Assembly (NCBI GenBank): GCA_016748015.1
Contig: JAAOMT010000512.1
Coordinates: forward strand, 1,212,719-1,276,718
Reading direction: 5' to 3'
Source: Geosiphon pyriformis uo1
Taxonomy: Eukaryota; Fungi; Glomeromycota
DNA: 64,000 bases
Positions 12,010-24,350 of the stretch are shown here, piece by piece. Position 1 is the stretch's first letter. Every line of letters begins with the position of its first letter. A model generated the notes under the pieces. That model had not been told where the DNA came from and searched no databases. It was given only the letters and a program-made list of their open reading frames with translations. Both the position numbers and the translations under genes were made by a program.

Positions 12010-13560
12010 AATCATATATATCTAAAATTGTGAAATTATGAATTATAAAATATTTAATCAATGTTTCATTTGATTTTAATTAATTAATTTGTAATTTGTT
12101 AATAAATATGAAAATTAATCTTGTATTTTAATAAAAAATAATTATATTTAATATTATATATTATTAAATTAAAAACATATAAATATTGTAAAAAAATATT
12201 CTATTATTATAAATATTACCAAAGCAAAAAGTAAAATTTTTTTAGTTATAAAAACAAATAGATTTTAAAAATAAAAGTTTTTTTTAATTAAAATTTTTTT
12301 TATTTTTATTTTTTTAATAAATAAAAACCAATTATTATTTAATATAATATAATTAATTAAATATTCTAAATTAGATATAATTTATATACTTATTATATTA
12401 ATTATTTAGCCAATTATAACTATATTATGTATTTTTATTATAACATTATTTTTAAAACCAAAACTTATAGTATATACTTTAATAATATTAATTATTTATA
12501 TTATATTAACAAATAAAATAGCCAATAAACTACAAATTAAAAAAAGCACAAAACTATTTTTATTTATTAAATTATTATTTTTTATATTAATATTATACTT
12601 AAATTTATTTAATTAAATTTTATTTTAATAACTAATTATTAAGCTTTAATTAACAATTTTAATATTATTAAAAAATAAAAATATCTTATTAAATTATTTT
12701 TTAAAAACAAAGTTTTTACATAAAAATATATATAAATTATTATTAATATATATTAAAAAACAATATTTATAATATTAAAAATAATAAAATACATATGTTA
12801 ATTATAAACTTTTAATATATATAAATTTTTTTTATGAATATTCATATTTACTTTATATATATAAATACATAGTTTAAAATTTATATTTTTTACAATACAA
12901 AAACAAAATATTAAAATATATTATATTATATAAATATTTTAGTATTAAATTCAGTTTTTTAATAAGTATAATATATAGTTTTATAAATATTATAAACAAA
13001 ATATTTAGTATTTTTAAATACAGTCTTATTATTAATCTTAAAAGCCAAAAAAGTGGCTATATTAGCAAATTTATTATTAACTTATTTATTCTTAAAAATA
13101 TTTAAATAGTTTTTAATTTTGAATCAAATAACAAAAAGTTTCTTATTATTTATAATATTTATTATGTGTTGTTTTTTTATTTAACAATAATTTAAAAACA
13201 CAAATGTTTAAAGGTGTTTAATTATTTGAACTTATTATTATATTATTAAAAAATAAAACATATTTTAAAATTAGCATAATTATTTGCAGTTTAGCCAATA
13301 TTAAAAAAGCCAAATTATGTATTTTAACATCTATATTCAAATTTAAATTAAAACACTATTGGTAATCTTAAAAATATTCGGATTTTTAAATAAATATCTA
13401 AATTTGCTTTTTTAAAACTTTTTTGAATTACAAAGAAACTATTTAAGTTATGCATATTACAAAGATAAAAACCATACTCTTAATTTATATAATTAATTAT
13501 TTAATATTATTGTTATGAATTGTAACAAAGAGCAAGAAAAAAGATTATTAAGAATGATAA
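12010..13560 (-). mobile_element. Extremely AT-eroded 3' fragment of a LINE
   Basis: Nearly G/C-free island. Minus-strand translation near 12720 (LCKNFVFKK*FNK) parallels the relic at ~23280 (LYKSFVFKN*TNK), which in turn matches the C-terminus of the LINE at ~24.5-24.7 kb. Boundaries approximate. Confidence 0.5.
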
Positions 13561-13747
13561 AAAAGAAATTCAATCAACGAAGCCAATTAAATAAGTAAAG
13601 TTACTGAAAATAGAGGAATAGTTCATGATTGTCTCACTCAGAATCAAAAACAAATATTGTTCTACTTTTCAATCATATCTTTATTAACAATGAATAATAT
13701 TGATTTACTTATTTGGGTCAATACAGAAGTGTCTACTTTTTGCTCCA

Positions 13748-15055
13748 ATGTCCAATTTCAACGAAGAGTCCAACCAATCTTGGGTCCTTTCCAAAGGCCA
13801 ACTTGAACTGGAAAACCGTTCACGTCCAAAGCCAAAGCCTTATGAAGTACTAATAGCTGTCAAAGCTACTGGAATTTGTGGCTCTGATGGTATTTAAAAA
13901 TTATAAGTTGATCAACTAAAGTAAAAGCTGTGGAAACTCATTCTTGTTAATTTGTTTTAGTACATTATTGGGTTGACGGTAAAATAGGATCATTCATTGT
14001 AAATAGCCCTTTAGTTCTTGGTCATGAATCAGCTGGGGTGGTAACAGATATTGGCGATAATGTCTCTGGACTTCAAATTGGTGATCAAGTAGCAATTGAA
14101 CCAGGAGTGCCTTGTTATAAATGTGATTTATGCAAACGTGGCGAATATAACCTTTGCCTTGACATGAAATTTGCAGCGACACCTCCAATCGACGGTATGT
14201 TTATTATTGGAAAAATTTCTGGCATCGCGAGATTTATAAAGCTTATTTTCCCACAAAGGAACCCTTTGCCAATACTATTGCGCACCGGCTGATTTTTGTG
14301 TTAAACTACCTCCCAATTTCCCATTGGGAGTTGAGGGAGGGGCTTTGATTGAACCCCTTTCAGTCGGAATTCATGCATGTGCACGCGCTGAATTAAAGTC
14401 CGGCCAATCGGTGATAATATTTGGCGCTGGGCCTATTGGGCTTTTATGTGGAGCGGTAGCAAAGGCTTCTGGTGCAATCAAAGTGACTATAATAGATATT
14501 TCTCAGGGTCGGCTAGATTTTGCTCAAAAGTATGTTGCAAGTGAGGTTATATTAGCAGAAATACCGCAACTTGGAGAAAATCCCCTCGAGTATTCAAAAA
14601 AATTTTATGAAAAACTACGAGGAATTGGCATAGAGAGAGCTGATGTTATCTTGGAATGTAGTGGGGCAGAAACATCAATTCAAACTGGCCTTTATGTTAG
14701 TTCTGCATTTTCATTGTCTTTTGGTTCTGTGTGCTCTTAAATTGAAATTCACCTTATGAAATTTTTTACCACTTGACAGATGACTAGATCAGGGGGCACC
14801 TTCGTTCAAGTTGGGATGGGCAAAGATGTCGTATCTGTCCCTATCACAGACGTCGGAGTTCGGGAGGTTAATATTCGAGGCACTTTTCGATATCGCAATA
14901 CATATAGTAAAGCAGTGAAAATGGTTGCTGCTGGCTTGATTGACTTAAAACCCCTCATCACTCATAGATACAAATTTAAAGAGGCAGTAAAAGCTTTTGA
15001 AACAGTTCGATATGGTAAAGAAGGTGTTATTAAAGCCCTGATCCTGGCCGAATAG
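13748..15055 (+). CDS. Zn-dependent sorbitol/xylitol dehydrogenase (MDR family), 4 exons
   Basis: GICGSD, GHESAG, structural-Zn CxxCxxCx7C (CYKCDLCKRGEYNLC), Rossmann GAGPIG, GTFRY. Confidence 0.93.
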
Positions 15056-15763
15056 AGAATTTTGATAAATTGGGACTTCAACTTGAATGTTTTTCAAAGT
15101 TTGAACAATAAAAAATTTAATGTTTTTGAGGCTCAACAAACGTAATAATGTCCAACAGAAAGCCAATTGATCTTAACAATGGACAAACTTGTTTGTCGGG
15201 CAAAGTATTTTCCTTGCCTAAAAGAAGTACAAGGTACGATGAGTGTAAATATAAATTCTGAATTACCATTGTAGTTCGACATTACCATCAATGCATTTTT
15301 ATATGCTGTAAAAACTTGATATTCAACAACCAACAGAGATGGTTCCATCCCTGAAATTTCTCCTAAATTGAGCTATTTTATCCTATTGTAACGCTGCACA
15401 TACCTTTATTATAATTCCGGTGTACCAAGAACAAAAGGGGAAGAATCTTTTTACCAATTTCGGGAAGAGTGATGTCAACTGGTGTTACAAAAAAAGGGGC
15501 ATGGTATGTTTTCTCGGGGATATCCCATCACAAACTTTTTGTTCAGTTAACATAAAATTTGAACGAGGATTCTCCTTTGTAGTTATAATTTTCCTTTAAA
15601 GACCAAGCTTCTGTCGCATGCCTCATCTCTTTTCTTATCCAACTTATTGAAAAATCACCTTTTGCCGTTTCAATTCCGTATTTTAGCCATTTTCTATCTT
15701 TGTCTGCCTTTCCTTAGCATCACCATCTGATCAGTGTTGTCAACTCATTCCGACCATTTATAA

Positions 15764-18392
15764 ATGGTAAAGAAGGTCTCGTTGGTTACTTAATACCAAA
15801 GGTCCTTTGTGATTTCTTAAAGCTTAAAAGTTGAATGATAACATTTCACTTCTATTTGTGGACCTTCAAACTCTCAAGAGCTCGTCAACACAGGCTGATC
15901 CCGAGGATTATTATGTCAAACAAGACAGAATAGGCAAGCAAAACTTATTAAATGCCATTAAACTTCAATGTTCTTTTGTAATGTATTAACTAGCCCTTAC
16001 TTTATTATCGTTCTGATTGTGTAATAGGCAAAGGATCTTTTGGTGAAGTCTATAAAGGGTATGTTGTAATGATTCAGGGTTAAATCAATTTTTCTCACCA
16101 CCATATTGCTAAGTATTATTTATTATGGGATTTTTAGGTACGATAAGAAAACCAAATTGCCCGTAGCTATCAAAGTAATCGATCTCGAAAATGCTGAAGA
16201 TGAGATAGATGATATACAACAAGAAATAGCTATCTTGTCTCAACTCGATTCTCCATTTGTCACTCGGTACAATCCATATATTTTGTAAATCTAATTGGCA
16301 TTTTCAATATTTGCCTTCTTTTTAATTTGCTTATATTGCTTCAGATATTATGGATCGTATCTTAAAGGGACCAATTTGTGGATTATTATGGAATATTGCT
16401 CTGGTGGATCATGTTCAGATTTAGTAAGGGGCATGTCTTAATAAGTTTCTTTATAAATTTTTGTATTCGATATTTTGTTAAGAACTTTGCTTTATTCCAT
16501 TTAGATGAAGCCTGCTCCTTTCAAAGAAGATTTTATAGCTATTATTATGAGAGAACTTTTGAAAGGGCTTGAATATTTACATAGCCAGAACAAACTACAT
16601 AGAGGTCTGTTATTCTTGCATATCTAATATAGTAACATGACCAAATATCTTACTAATGTTTGTAATTTAATTTATAAAAATTAGACATTAAAGGTTAGGA
16701 TTAAAACTAGAAAGTGCATCAGAAGATTTGCACAAATTTTCATACAATTCATTTCACACATTGAGAAAGATTACGTTCTTACTTCAACAAGCTCTCATAT
16801 AATTTACAGGTGCTAATGTTCTTTTAAGTTCGACGGGTGATGGTAAGTTGTGTACTTCTAACTTTGCATTTTATCTATTTGGATATTTTCAAGGCTAATA
16901 AAGTTTCAATTAATAACGTCGCAGTGAAGTTGGCAGATTTTGGTGTTTCGGGCCAAGTTAGTATTTATTAATTAAACGCCTTTTCCTTAAACGAGATGAA
17001 GGTGTTTTGAATTTAAGAATTAACTTATGAATATCTTTTCAGCTGACTGCTACTATGACAAAAAAAAACACTTTTGTGGGTACTCCAGTAAGTAAATTTT
17101 ATTTTTCGACTTTCTCAATCCCTTTCATTTTCCTAACTTTAATTGATAATTATTGTGGATCAAATTCAGTTCTGGATGGCTCCTGAAGTCATTAAGCAAT
17201 CAGGGTACGATTTTAAGGTAAATTTGATATTTTCCTTTTATGATTATCAAAATTGAGTTCAAACAAACTAATAATTAAAGAAAATTGAATAGGCTGATAT
17301 TTGGTCACTTGGTATAATGGCCATCGAGTTGGCAAAGGGTGAACCACCCTACGCGGATATTCATCCAATGAAGGTTCTTTTTCTAATCCCTAAAAATCCA
17401 CCCCCATCTCTGGATGGATCATATTCCAAAACATTTAAAGAATTTATTTCGCTTTGCTTACATAAGGATCCTACCCAGGTAAATTTTCTAGTCACAATTT
17501 AAATTTGATCATTATTAGTGGCAGAATCTTCAGATTGACCCCCTGTATTGCTTAGCGACCATCAGCAAAAGATCTCCTCAAGCATCGATTTATTCGTAAT
17601 GCCAAGAAAACCTCATTTCTGACAGAGTTAATCGAACGTCACGAAAAATGGATAGCGGATGGGCTTGATCAACATCAATCAGATGAATCAGTCCATTCTG
17701 AAAATGGGTATTGCTATTCGTAACATTCATCAACTGTATAAAATCCTTTTAATTATATTAATGAATCTTTGCTCATTTCTAGTTATGAGATGAGTGAAGA
17801 TACAAATTGGGACTTTGATCCAAAAACAATGACTATGAAACCCGCAAAAGCTGTTTCGTACGATGAAGATGATGAACGTTACTCTGAAGCAAGTTCAACG
17901 ATTGGTCCCTCTAAAGGGAAACAATCGATGGTATCGTTGCACATTCAAATTAAAATTGGATTCGCAGTCTATTCTCCATTGAATTTAACACATTCTGAAT
18001 AGGCAACCTCGAATGATTCCGACTTTGACACCGTTAAATATCTTGATTTACCAAAAGTAAAGGAAGATGAATATTCAGAATACTCTTCGGCATATGAAAC
18101 ACCTCGTACTGCTGTTTTTGAAAATGTTTTTGTTCCAGTTATTCATCAAGTGAGATTTTATTCATTGATTTATTTTTTCTTGAAAATTTATTCTTGAATA
18201 TAATCATCACTAATAAAATCCCCCTTATATCAGCTACGTAATCAGGCCCCAACCTTAAAAGCTCAATTGACGCTGGATTCCCTGAAAAATGCATTTAGGG
18301 ATGCAGAACGGGAAAATCCTGGGATATCGGAAGTCTTCATCCATGCAGTGTTTAAAAAGTATGATGATGAAATGAATCCGGACATTATTTGA
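15764..18392 (+). CDS. STE20-family GCK-III Ser/Thr kinase (MST3/STK24/STK25-like), many exons
   Basis: Spliced [55 protein letters not shown]-terminal GCK-III-type segment [19 protein letters not shown]; stop TGA 18390-18392. Confidence 0.92.
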
Positions 18393-18928
18393 GAACTATG
18401 ATTGAGGTGTGGTGCATAGTAAAGCGACTATTGAAAACATTTTTACTCCTCGATTCGCCTTGTTTGTATTCAAGGACATTTTGTTATTACTTGATCGCGC
18501 CAACGTATCAACTATCTTAATTTATATGTAAAAATATTTTGGATTTTCTTCATCTCATTTATTACAATCAAATTGTGTACTTTTTCAATTATAAGTTATT
18601 AATTTTCACGTAGTCTTTAATCAGAACGCGCAATATCGAAAGACAAATTACATAAATATTGTGGTTCAGCACGAAACGTTTTCAAATAAGCTAGGTAACT
18701 CTTAGGCAGCAAAAGCATCTCAGAACAGTCACCTTTGCTCCTTACATGCAAGGAAAAAAAAATTTGCTCTATCAATTTTTGAAATACTGATTCTCCCAGT
18801 TCAATCATTTCGTACTTGAATGTTCTAAAGGTATTTATTTCCTACACCATACGGGGAGATTGAGGCCCATTAATTAACAAAGCATATCTGAAAAATTGAT
18901 TTTTTCCCGAATCAACCCAAGTCTGGTT

Positions 18929-21130
18929 TTAAGAAAAAAGACGTTTTTCGTATCTGTGAGGTAAAATACGATAGTGTTAGAAGTGCGAAATAGGGTCAAG
19001 ATACTCCAAATAAAATATTGTACTTACGAATCAAGACCGTGAACCCCACCCTCAACCTGGGCGGCAGCTGTTCTAAGCTCAAATCTAACTTTACCGGTTC
19101 TAACGCCTTCTCTCAAATCTACTAAAGTTCGGGCCCCAATATCTTGTAATCCATGCTGAAGGCCAGTCATCAAGTATGGTATAAATTTTCGGATAGAGCC
19201 TTTATCGACAACAGCGCCAGCTACACCCTGGGCTACTTTAACTACATCTCTTTCTGAGAAATATCTCTTGCTAGCTGCATTCCCTATTTTATCGGGACCA
19301 TATTCCATCGCATCCAAAGAGCCCATACCTCGGTATTTTTTCAAGCGTTTACCCTCATGGTAAAAATATTCACCAGGGGATTCGGTGGTCCCAGCAAGTA
19401 ACCCACCCATCATAACTGCAGATGCCCCTAGTGCAAGAGCTTTGGTAATATGACCTACGTTCTGAATACCTCCATCAGCTATAACTGGGATGCCAAAGCG
19501 AGCAGCAAATTGAGCTACTCGGTAGACAGCTGTTCCTTGTGGACGCCCAACAGCCATAACTGTATTTTTGAATTTAAACATAATAAATATAAAGGGTGCC
19601 CCTAATATTTGAAAATCAAAAAGTCATAATTCACCTACCCTCTTGGGTAATACATATGCTGCCACTGCCCATGCCAACACGTAGAGCATCGGCACCGGCA
19701 GCAATCAATGTAGCAGCTTGTTCTCGAGTGACAACATTGCCGGCAACTATATCAACCTGATCTTTATAAGTTTTTTTGATATATTTTATCATATCTACTT
19801 GATATTTTGAATTGCCTTGACTAGAGTCAAGAATAACGATATCTAATCCAGCATCTATCAAGTTTTTCAATCGGATTTTATCATCTGGACGTGTCCCAAT
19901 GGCAGCGGCGCATACCAGTTGGTTTGAATTAGGAGATTTTGAAGCCAAAGGAAATTTGAGGTTTTTCAAGAGATCGGATCTTGCAAGCAGTGATACTAGC
20001 TCGCCACGAGAGTTGACGATTGGAAGTTTACCCTTTTTACTCGATCTCAATATTTGATTGGCTTCTTCAAGAGTTACACCCTCATCACCAACTACAAGAT
20101 CAGTTGTCATGACCTCCTTCAGTCTGGTTTGATCATCCTCGTGAAACTGAATATCACGTGCGGTAACAATTCCAAGAAGTTTGCTATAAAGTCGACCATT
20201 TTCTGGAATTTTAGAAAATTAAGTATTAATTTTCGGTTTTTCTATTGTCGATTGAATGAAAATATTTCGGTATATTATTCAGATTAATATTTTCCACAAG
20301 ATTGCTTTCGCATGTTAATTTTCAGAAGAACGAAAGTTATAATTTTTAATTGTATCATCATTCATTTTGACTCATAATTGAGACACTATGAGCAATATTA
20401 TTTACCAGCAAAAAACAGGGTCAAACGATGCAGATCAACTTTTCTTTGCTCTCTGAGGGTACGTTACCAGTGATCGGAATACCACTATATCCAAATCTTT
20501 CTTTTATGGCACGAACATCAGCCACGGTATTATCAGGTGTCAAACACACAGGATCGGTAATAAAACCGTTCTCAAACTTTTTAACTTTGCGTACCATCTC
20601 TGCTTGTTCCTCGATCGAAAAATTGTGATGAATCACACCAACACCACCCAATAACTACGGAAAAAAATAAGTATTTACTTCAAGAATCAAACCATGGGGA
20701 TTATAAAATCATTTGATAGAGAGCCAAAAATCTAAGCCAGACTTATATAACTAAATGTTTGTTCACCCATTTTTCGCCAGCTCAGATTCGCATAGTGAGT
20801 AGTTCCTTCCCCAAAGACTGAAAGCATACTTACGGCCATATTTATAGCCATATCTGTTTCTGTTACGGTATCCATAGGTGAACTCATAAAGGGAGTATTT
20901 AATATAATGTTTTTGGTTATTCTAGATTCTAAAGAAACTTCAGAAGCCGGGAAATCGATAAAGCCAGGAAGAATAAGGAAATCGTTATAGGTCAAGCCAC
21001 CACTAATTCGAGAGTCCATAACTTCTTCGGCGGATAACCCGTCTGGAGCCTCATAATCTTTTAGGTATTTTAAAGCTTGTTTTGGGTCAAGGTAAGAAGT
21101 TTGCACGTTATCGCCTTCTTGAGGTACCAT
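18929..21130 (-). CDS. IMPDH: Inosine-5'-monophosphate dehydrogenase, 5 exons
   Basis: [24 protein letters not shown] pair, catalytic [24 protein letters not shown]-terminal YEKRLFS. Confidence 0.97.
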
Positions 21131-21306
21131 TATTGCGCGTATTTCAATAACCTTTATCGTAAAATTTTTCTGCCTCCAAATATATTTTAAATTTGATCTG
21201 CGCTACCAATGACGTCATGTTTTTGGGAAAAAAAATTAGAAAAATTACAATTAATTCCTGACGAAAAATCCATCTTTATATTTTTCAAAGTTAATACCCT
21301 TCGAAG
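21131..21306. promoter_or_regulatory. Compact bidirectional promoter shared by IMPDH and RPL27
   Basis: 176 bp between divergent ATGs. CCAAT (21206-21210) overlaps a perfect palindrome ATGACGTCAT (21209-21218, CRE/ATF-type); RRPE-like AAAATTTTTC at 21161-21170. Confidence 0.5.
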
Positions 21307-21717
21307 ATGGTAAAATTCCTAAAACCTGGCAAAGTTGCCATCGTTCTTTCTGGCCGTTATGCAGGAAAGAAAGCCGTTATCATCAAAAACGTCGATGAGG
21401 GTACAAAAGAACGCCCTTATGGTCATGCCATCGTCGCTGGTATAGAACGATACCCGCTCAAGGTGACCCGAAAAATGGGTCAAAAACGTATCGCCAAGCG
21501 GTCCAAAATCAAGCCGTTCGTCAAGGTTGTGAATTACAACCACTTAATGCCAACTCGATATACTTTTGAACTAGAGGACCTTAAGGGTTCAGTATCGAGT
21601 GACCACTTGAAGGAACGCTCTCAAAAGAGAACCGCCAAGGTCGTGGTGAGGAAGGCCTTCCAAGAAAGATATAAAGCTGGGAAGAATAAATGGTTTTTTG
21701 CCAAACTAAGATTTTAA
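21307..21717 (+). CDS. RPL27: 60S ribosomal protein L27 (eL27), single exon
   Basis: [44 protein letters not shown]. Confidence 0.98.
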   Translation: MVKFLKPGKVAIVLSGRYAGKKAVIIKNVDEGTKERPYGHAIVAGIERYPLKVTRKMGQKRIAKRSKIKPFVKVVNYNHLMPTRYTFELEDLKGSVSSDHLKERSQKRTAKVVVRKAFQERYKAGKNKWFFAKLRF

Positions 21718-22899
21718 TTAAATAAAGGTACATTAAGAAAATCTGGCGTTGGGGGAAGCTGTCAAAAAAGTGATTGGGTAAATCAGTTGTACTGGATCTT
21801 GGATCATACTTTATGGGGTGGTGGACATTCGCAAAAGGATAGCCTTATTTATAACTTGCTTGCTCAAACTTTTCATACATTGATGCGTTTCTCAAAATTT
21901 TATAAGCAATAAATACAAGGCGAAGTAAACTTACAACTTTACCAGATGTGCGAGTAAACCTTTAGAGCAGTTCGAATTACAAATAAAAAAAGAATAATTT
22001 TATTTGTTCATTTATGTTCCTTTTCATGGGCTTGGAATAATTTCTTATACATTTTACAATCTTATCCAGATTTCCTTTACCATCTCAATCGATCATAATA
22101 GAAGCTTTTTGTGTATGAGTTTACCCAGTCATTATCATGAAGTGAAAAATGAACAAACGAAACGCACTTGCAATCAAGCCGGATAAAATAATAATCCCCA
22201 AAATGAACGACTCTAATTGAAAACCTTGAGCAAAAGAAAATTTTCTTTGGGTTGAATTTATCCTTAAATTTGAGAAAAGCCTTTGGGAGATTTTTATATA
22301 TTATGGAAAAAACTTTCAAATCAAAAATAATTGAAATTAGATTTTATAAAACTGCGTTGTCAAACTAAGCATTAAATTGACAATATTTTTTATAGTCATT
22401 TTCAAAAATGCAAAAAAATTAATTATATAAAATTCTGACAATTTAAAATTTGTATTTTGATAATTGCAAAATTTAATTACTATTGTATTTTTTTTTAATA
22501 TTACGACTTATTAAAAAGTCCACTTGAGTTTAAAAATATATCTTAAAAATGATTTTATTTTCAAATTTTGTTTGTTTTAATATTATAATAAGATTATTAT
22601 TTCAATTAAATAAATAAAAATTTAATTAAAAAAAAGAGAAAAAACTAAATTCTATTTTTGTTAATATAATTAAAAAAAACAATAACCAAAAATTTTTTTT
22701 AATAATAAAGACAGTTTAAAATCTTTTTTAATTATATTCCAAAATTTTTACACATTTTTATTTATGCAATTTAACATTTCAGATCTGTAATTACCATCTA
22801 AAAATAGCTATTAAGAAATATAATCAATTAATCTATGTCTAATTGTGTTTTTTTTTATTAGCATTTAATAAATGCAGTTTAATTATTATCTAGCATATA

Positions 22900-24350
22900 A
22901 AAACAAACTAAGTAAATCCAACTAGTTATTTAGGCCAATTAAAACAATACTATATACTTATATGAACTTTTATACTATTACTAATATCTAAAAAAAACAA
23001 ATCTTATACAAACTAAAACTAATAACAAATATTAAGCAAACAAACTATTTTCACTAATAAAAAATTAGACACATTACAAAAAGCAATAAAAAGCATCTTT
23101 ACATTACTAATTAAACTATTTTTCTTATATTTATCCTAAATTTTGTCTTAAATAATTATAATTTACTTTAATGTTTTTTAGCTAAATAGCAAGCAAAATC
23201 AACTATTACTAACACAGTTTTTTTTTTGTTGTCAAATATTGAAACTGTTTTATTAGTTCAGTTTTTGAAAACAAAACTCTTGTACAAAATCATAAATATT
23301 TGAAATCTCTAAAAAAAGAATATATAATACTAAAAATAATAATAAAAAGCAATTTTTTACCAAAAACTTTTACAGATTAACATAATTCAGCAAGATTTCA
23401 AAATGCATAATGGTATTTTTTGAACAAATAAAAACATATTTAGACAATTTAATATTATTATATATTAAATATAAAATATTTAGATAATTCTTATTATAAA
23501 GTTTCTTTTTAATAATAATTAACAGTTTCTTATGAACTATTTTTATCAAATATATGTAAAAAACAGCAAAAGCTTTGTTGATAAACTTTAAAGACATATA
23601 AAAATTCAGATATTAAATTATAGCAGTACTTTTTTAGTCTATATTCTAAACTAATAACTTATTTAAAACTTTTACTGCTTTTTATTGAACATAGTAAACA
23701 GTTTAATAAATATTGTAAATAAAATAACAAATATTTTTTAATACAACTAAACTATTAGTTATAACAAACTTTTTATAAATTTTAACCAAAAGAGCAAATT
23801 AAGTTTTAATAAATTTTTTATTAATAAAAAATTGTTTAAACATTTATAAAATACTTTTTTTAATAATAAAAATTGGTAAATTACTAATAAATAAAGCAAT
23901 ATTTCTAATTTAATAATCAATAAAAATAATTATAGTCTTATTATTATTAATTAAAATATTATTAATTTTAAAAAATTTACTTATAATATCTAAAATATAT
24001 TAAATAATAATTTAATTATTATCAATTTAAATAATATTATTAATAAAAATATTAATAGCTAAATAGAATATTAAATTAACTTAATTTTTAATTTTGTTTA
24101 TCTTAATTATAAATTTATAATCAATTTAGTAATTATATAAAAATTATAAAAATTTTTTTATAGCAAAGATAAAAAAACTTTTATTTAAAATCAAAAAAAT
24201 GGTTTCTTAATAATCAAAAACTGTTTTATGTTTTTATTACTTAAAAAAATATTGTTTAATTGTTTTAACTTTTAAAAAATCTTTTAAGTATTAAGATTAA
24301 TAAAAACAATAAAAAAATAATTTATTTTATTTTATTTAACAAATACAGTT
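22900..24350 (-). mobile_element. Old, heavily eroded LINE 3' fragment
   Basis: Minus-strand relic frame ILYKSFVFKN*TNKTVSIFD..IVDFACYLAKKH..FKTKF resembles the C-terminus of the adjacent LINE (VRTKFK); very AT-rich. Boundaries approximate. Confidence 0.55.
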
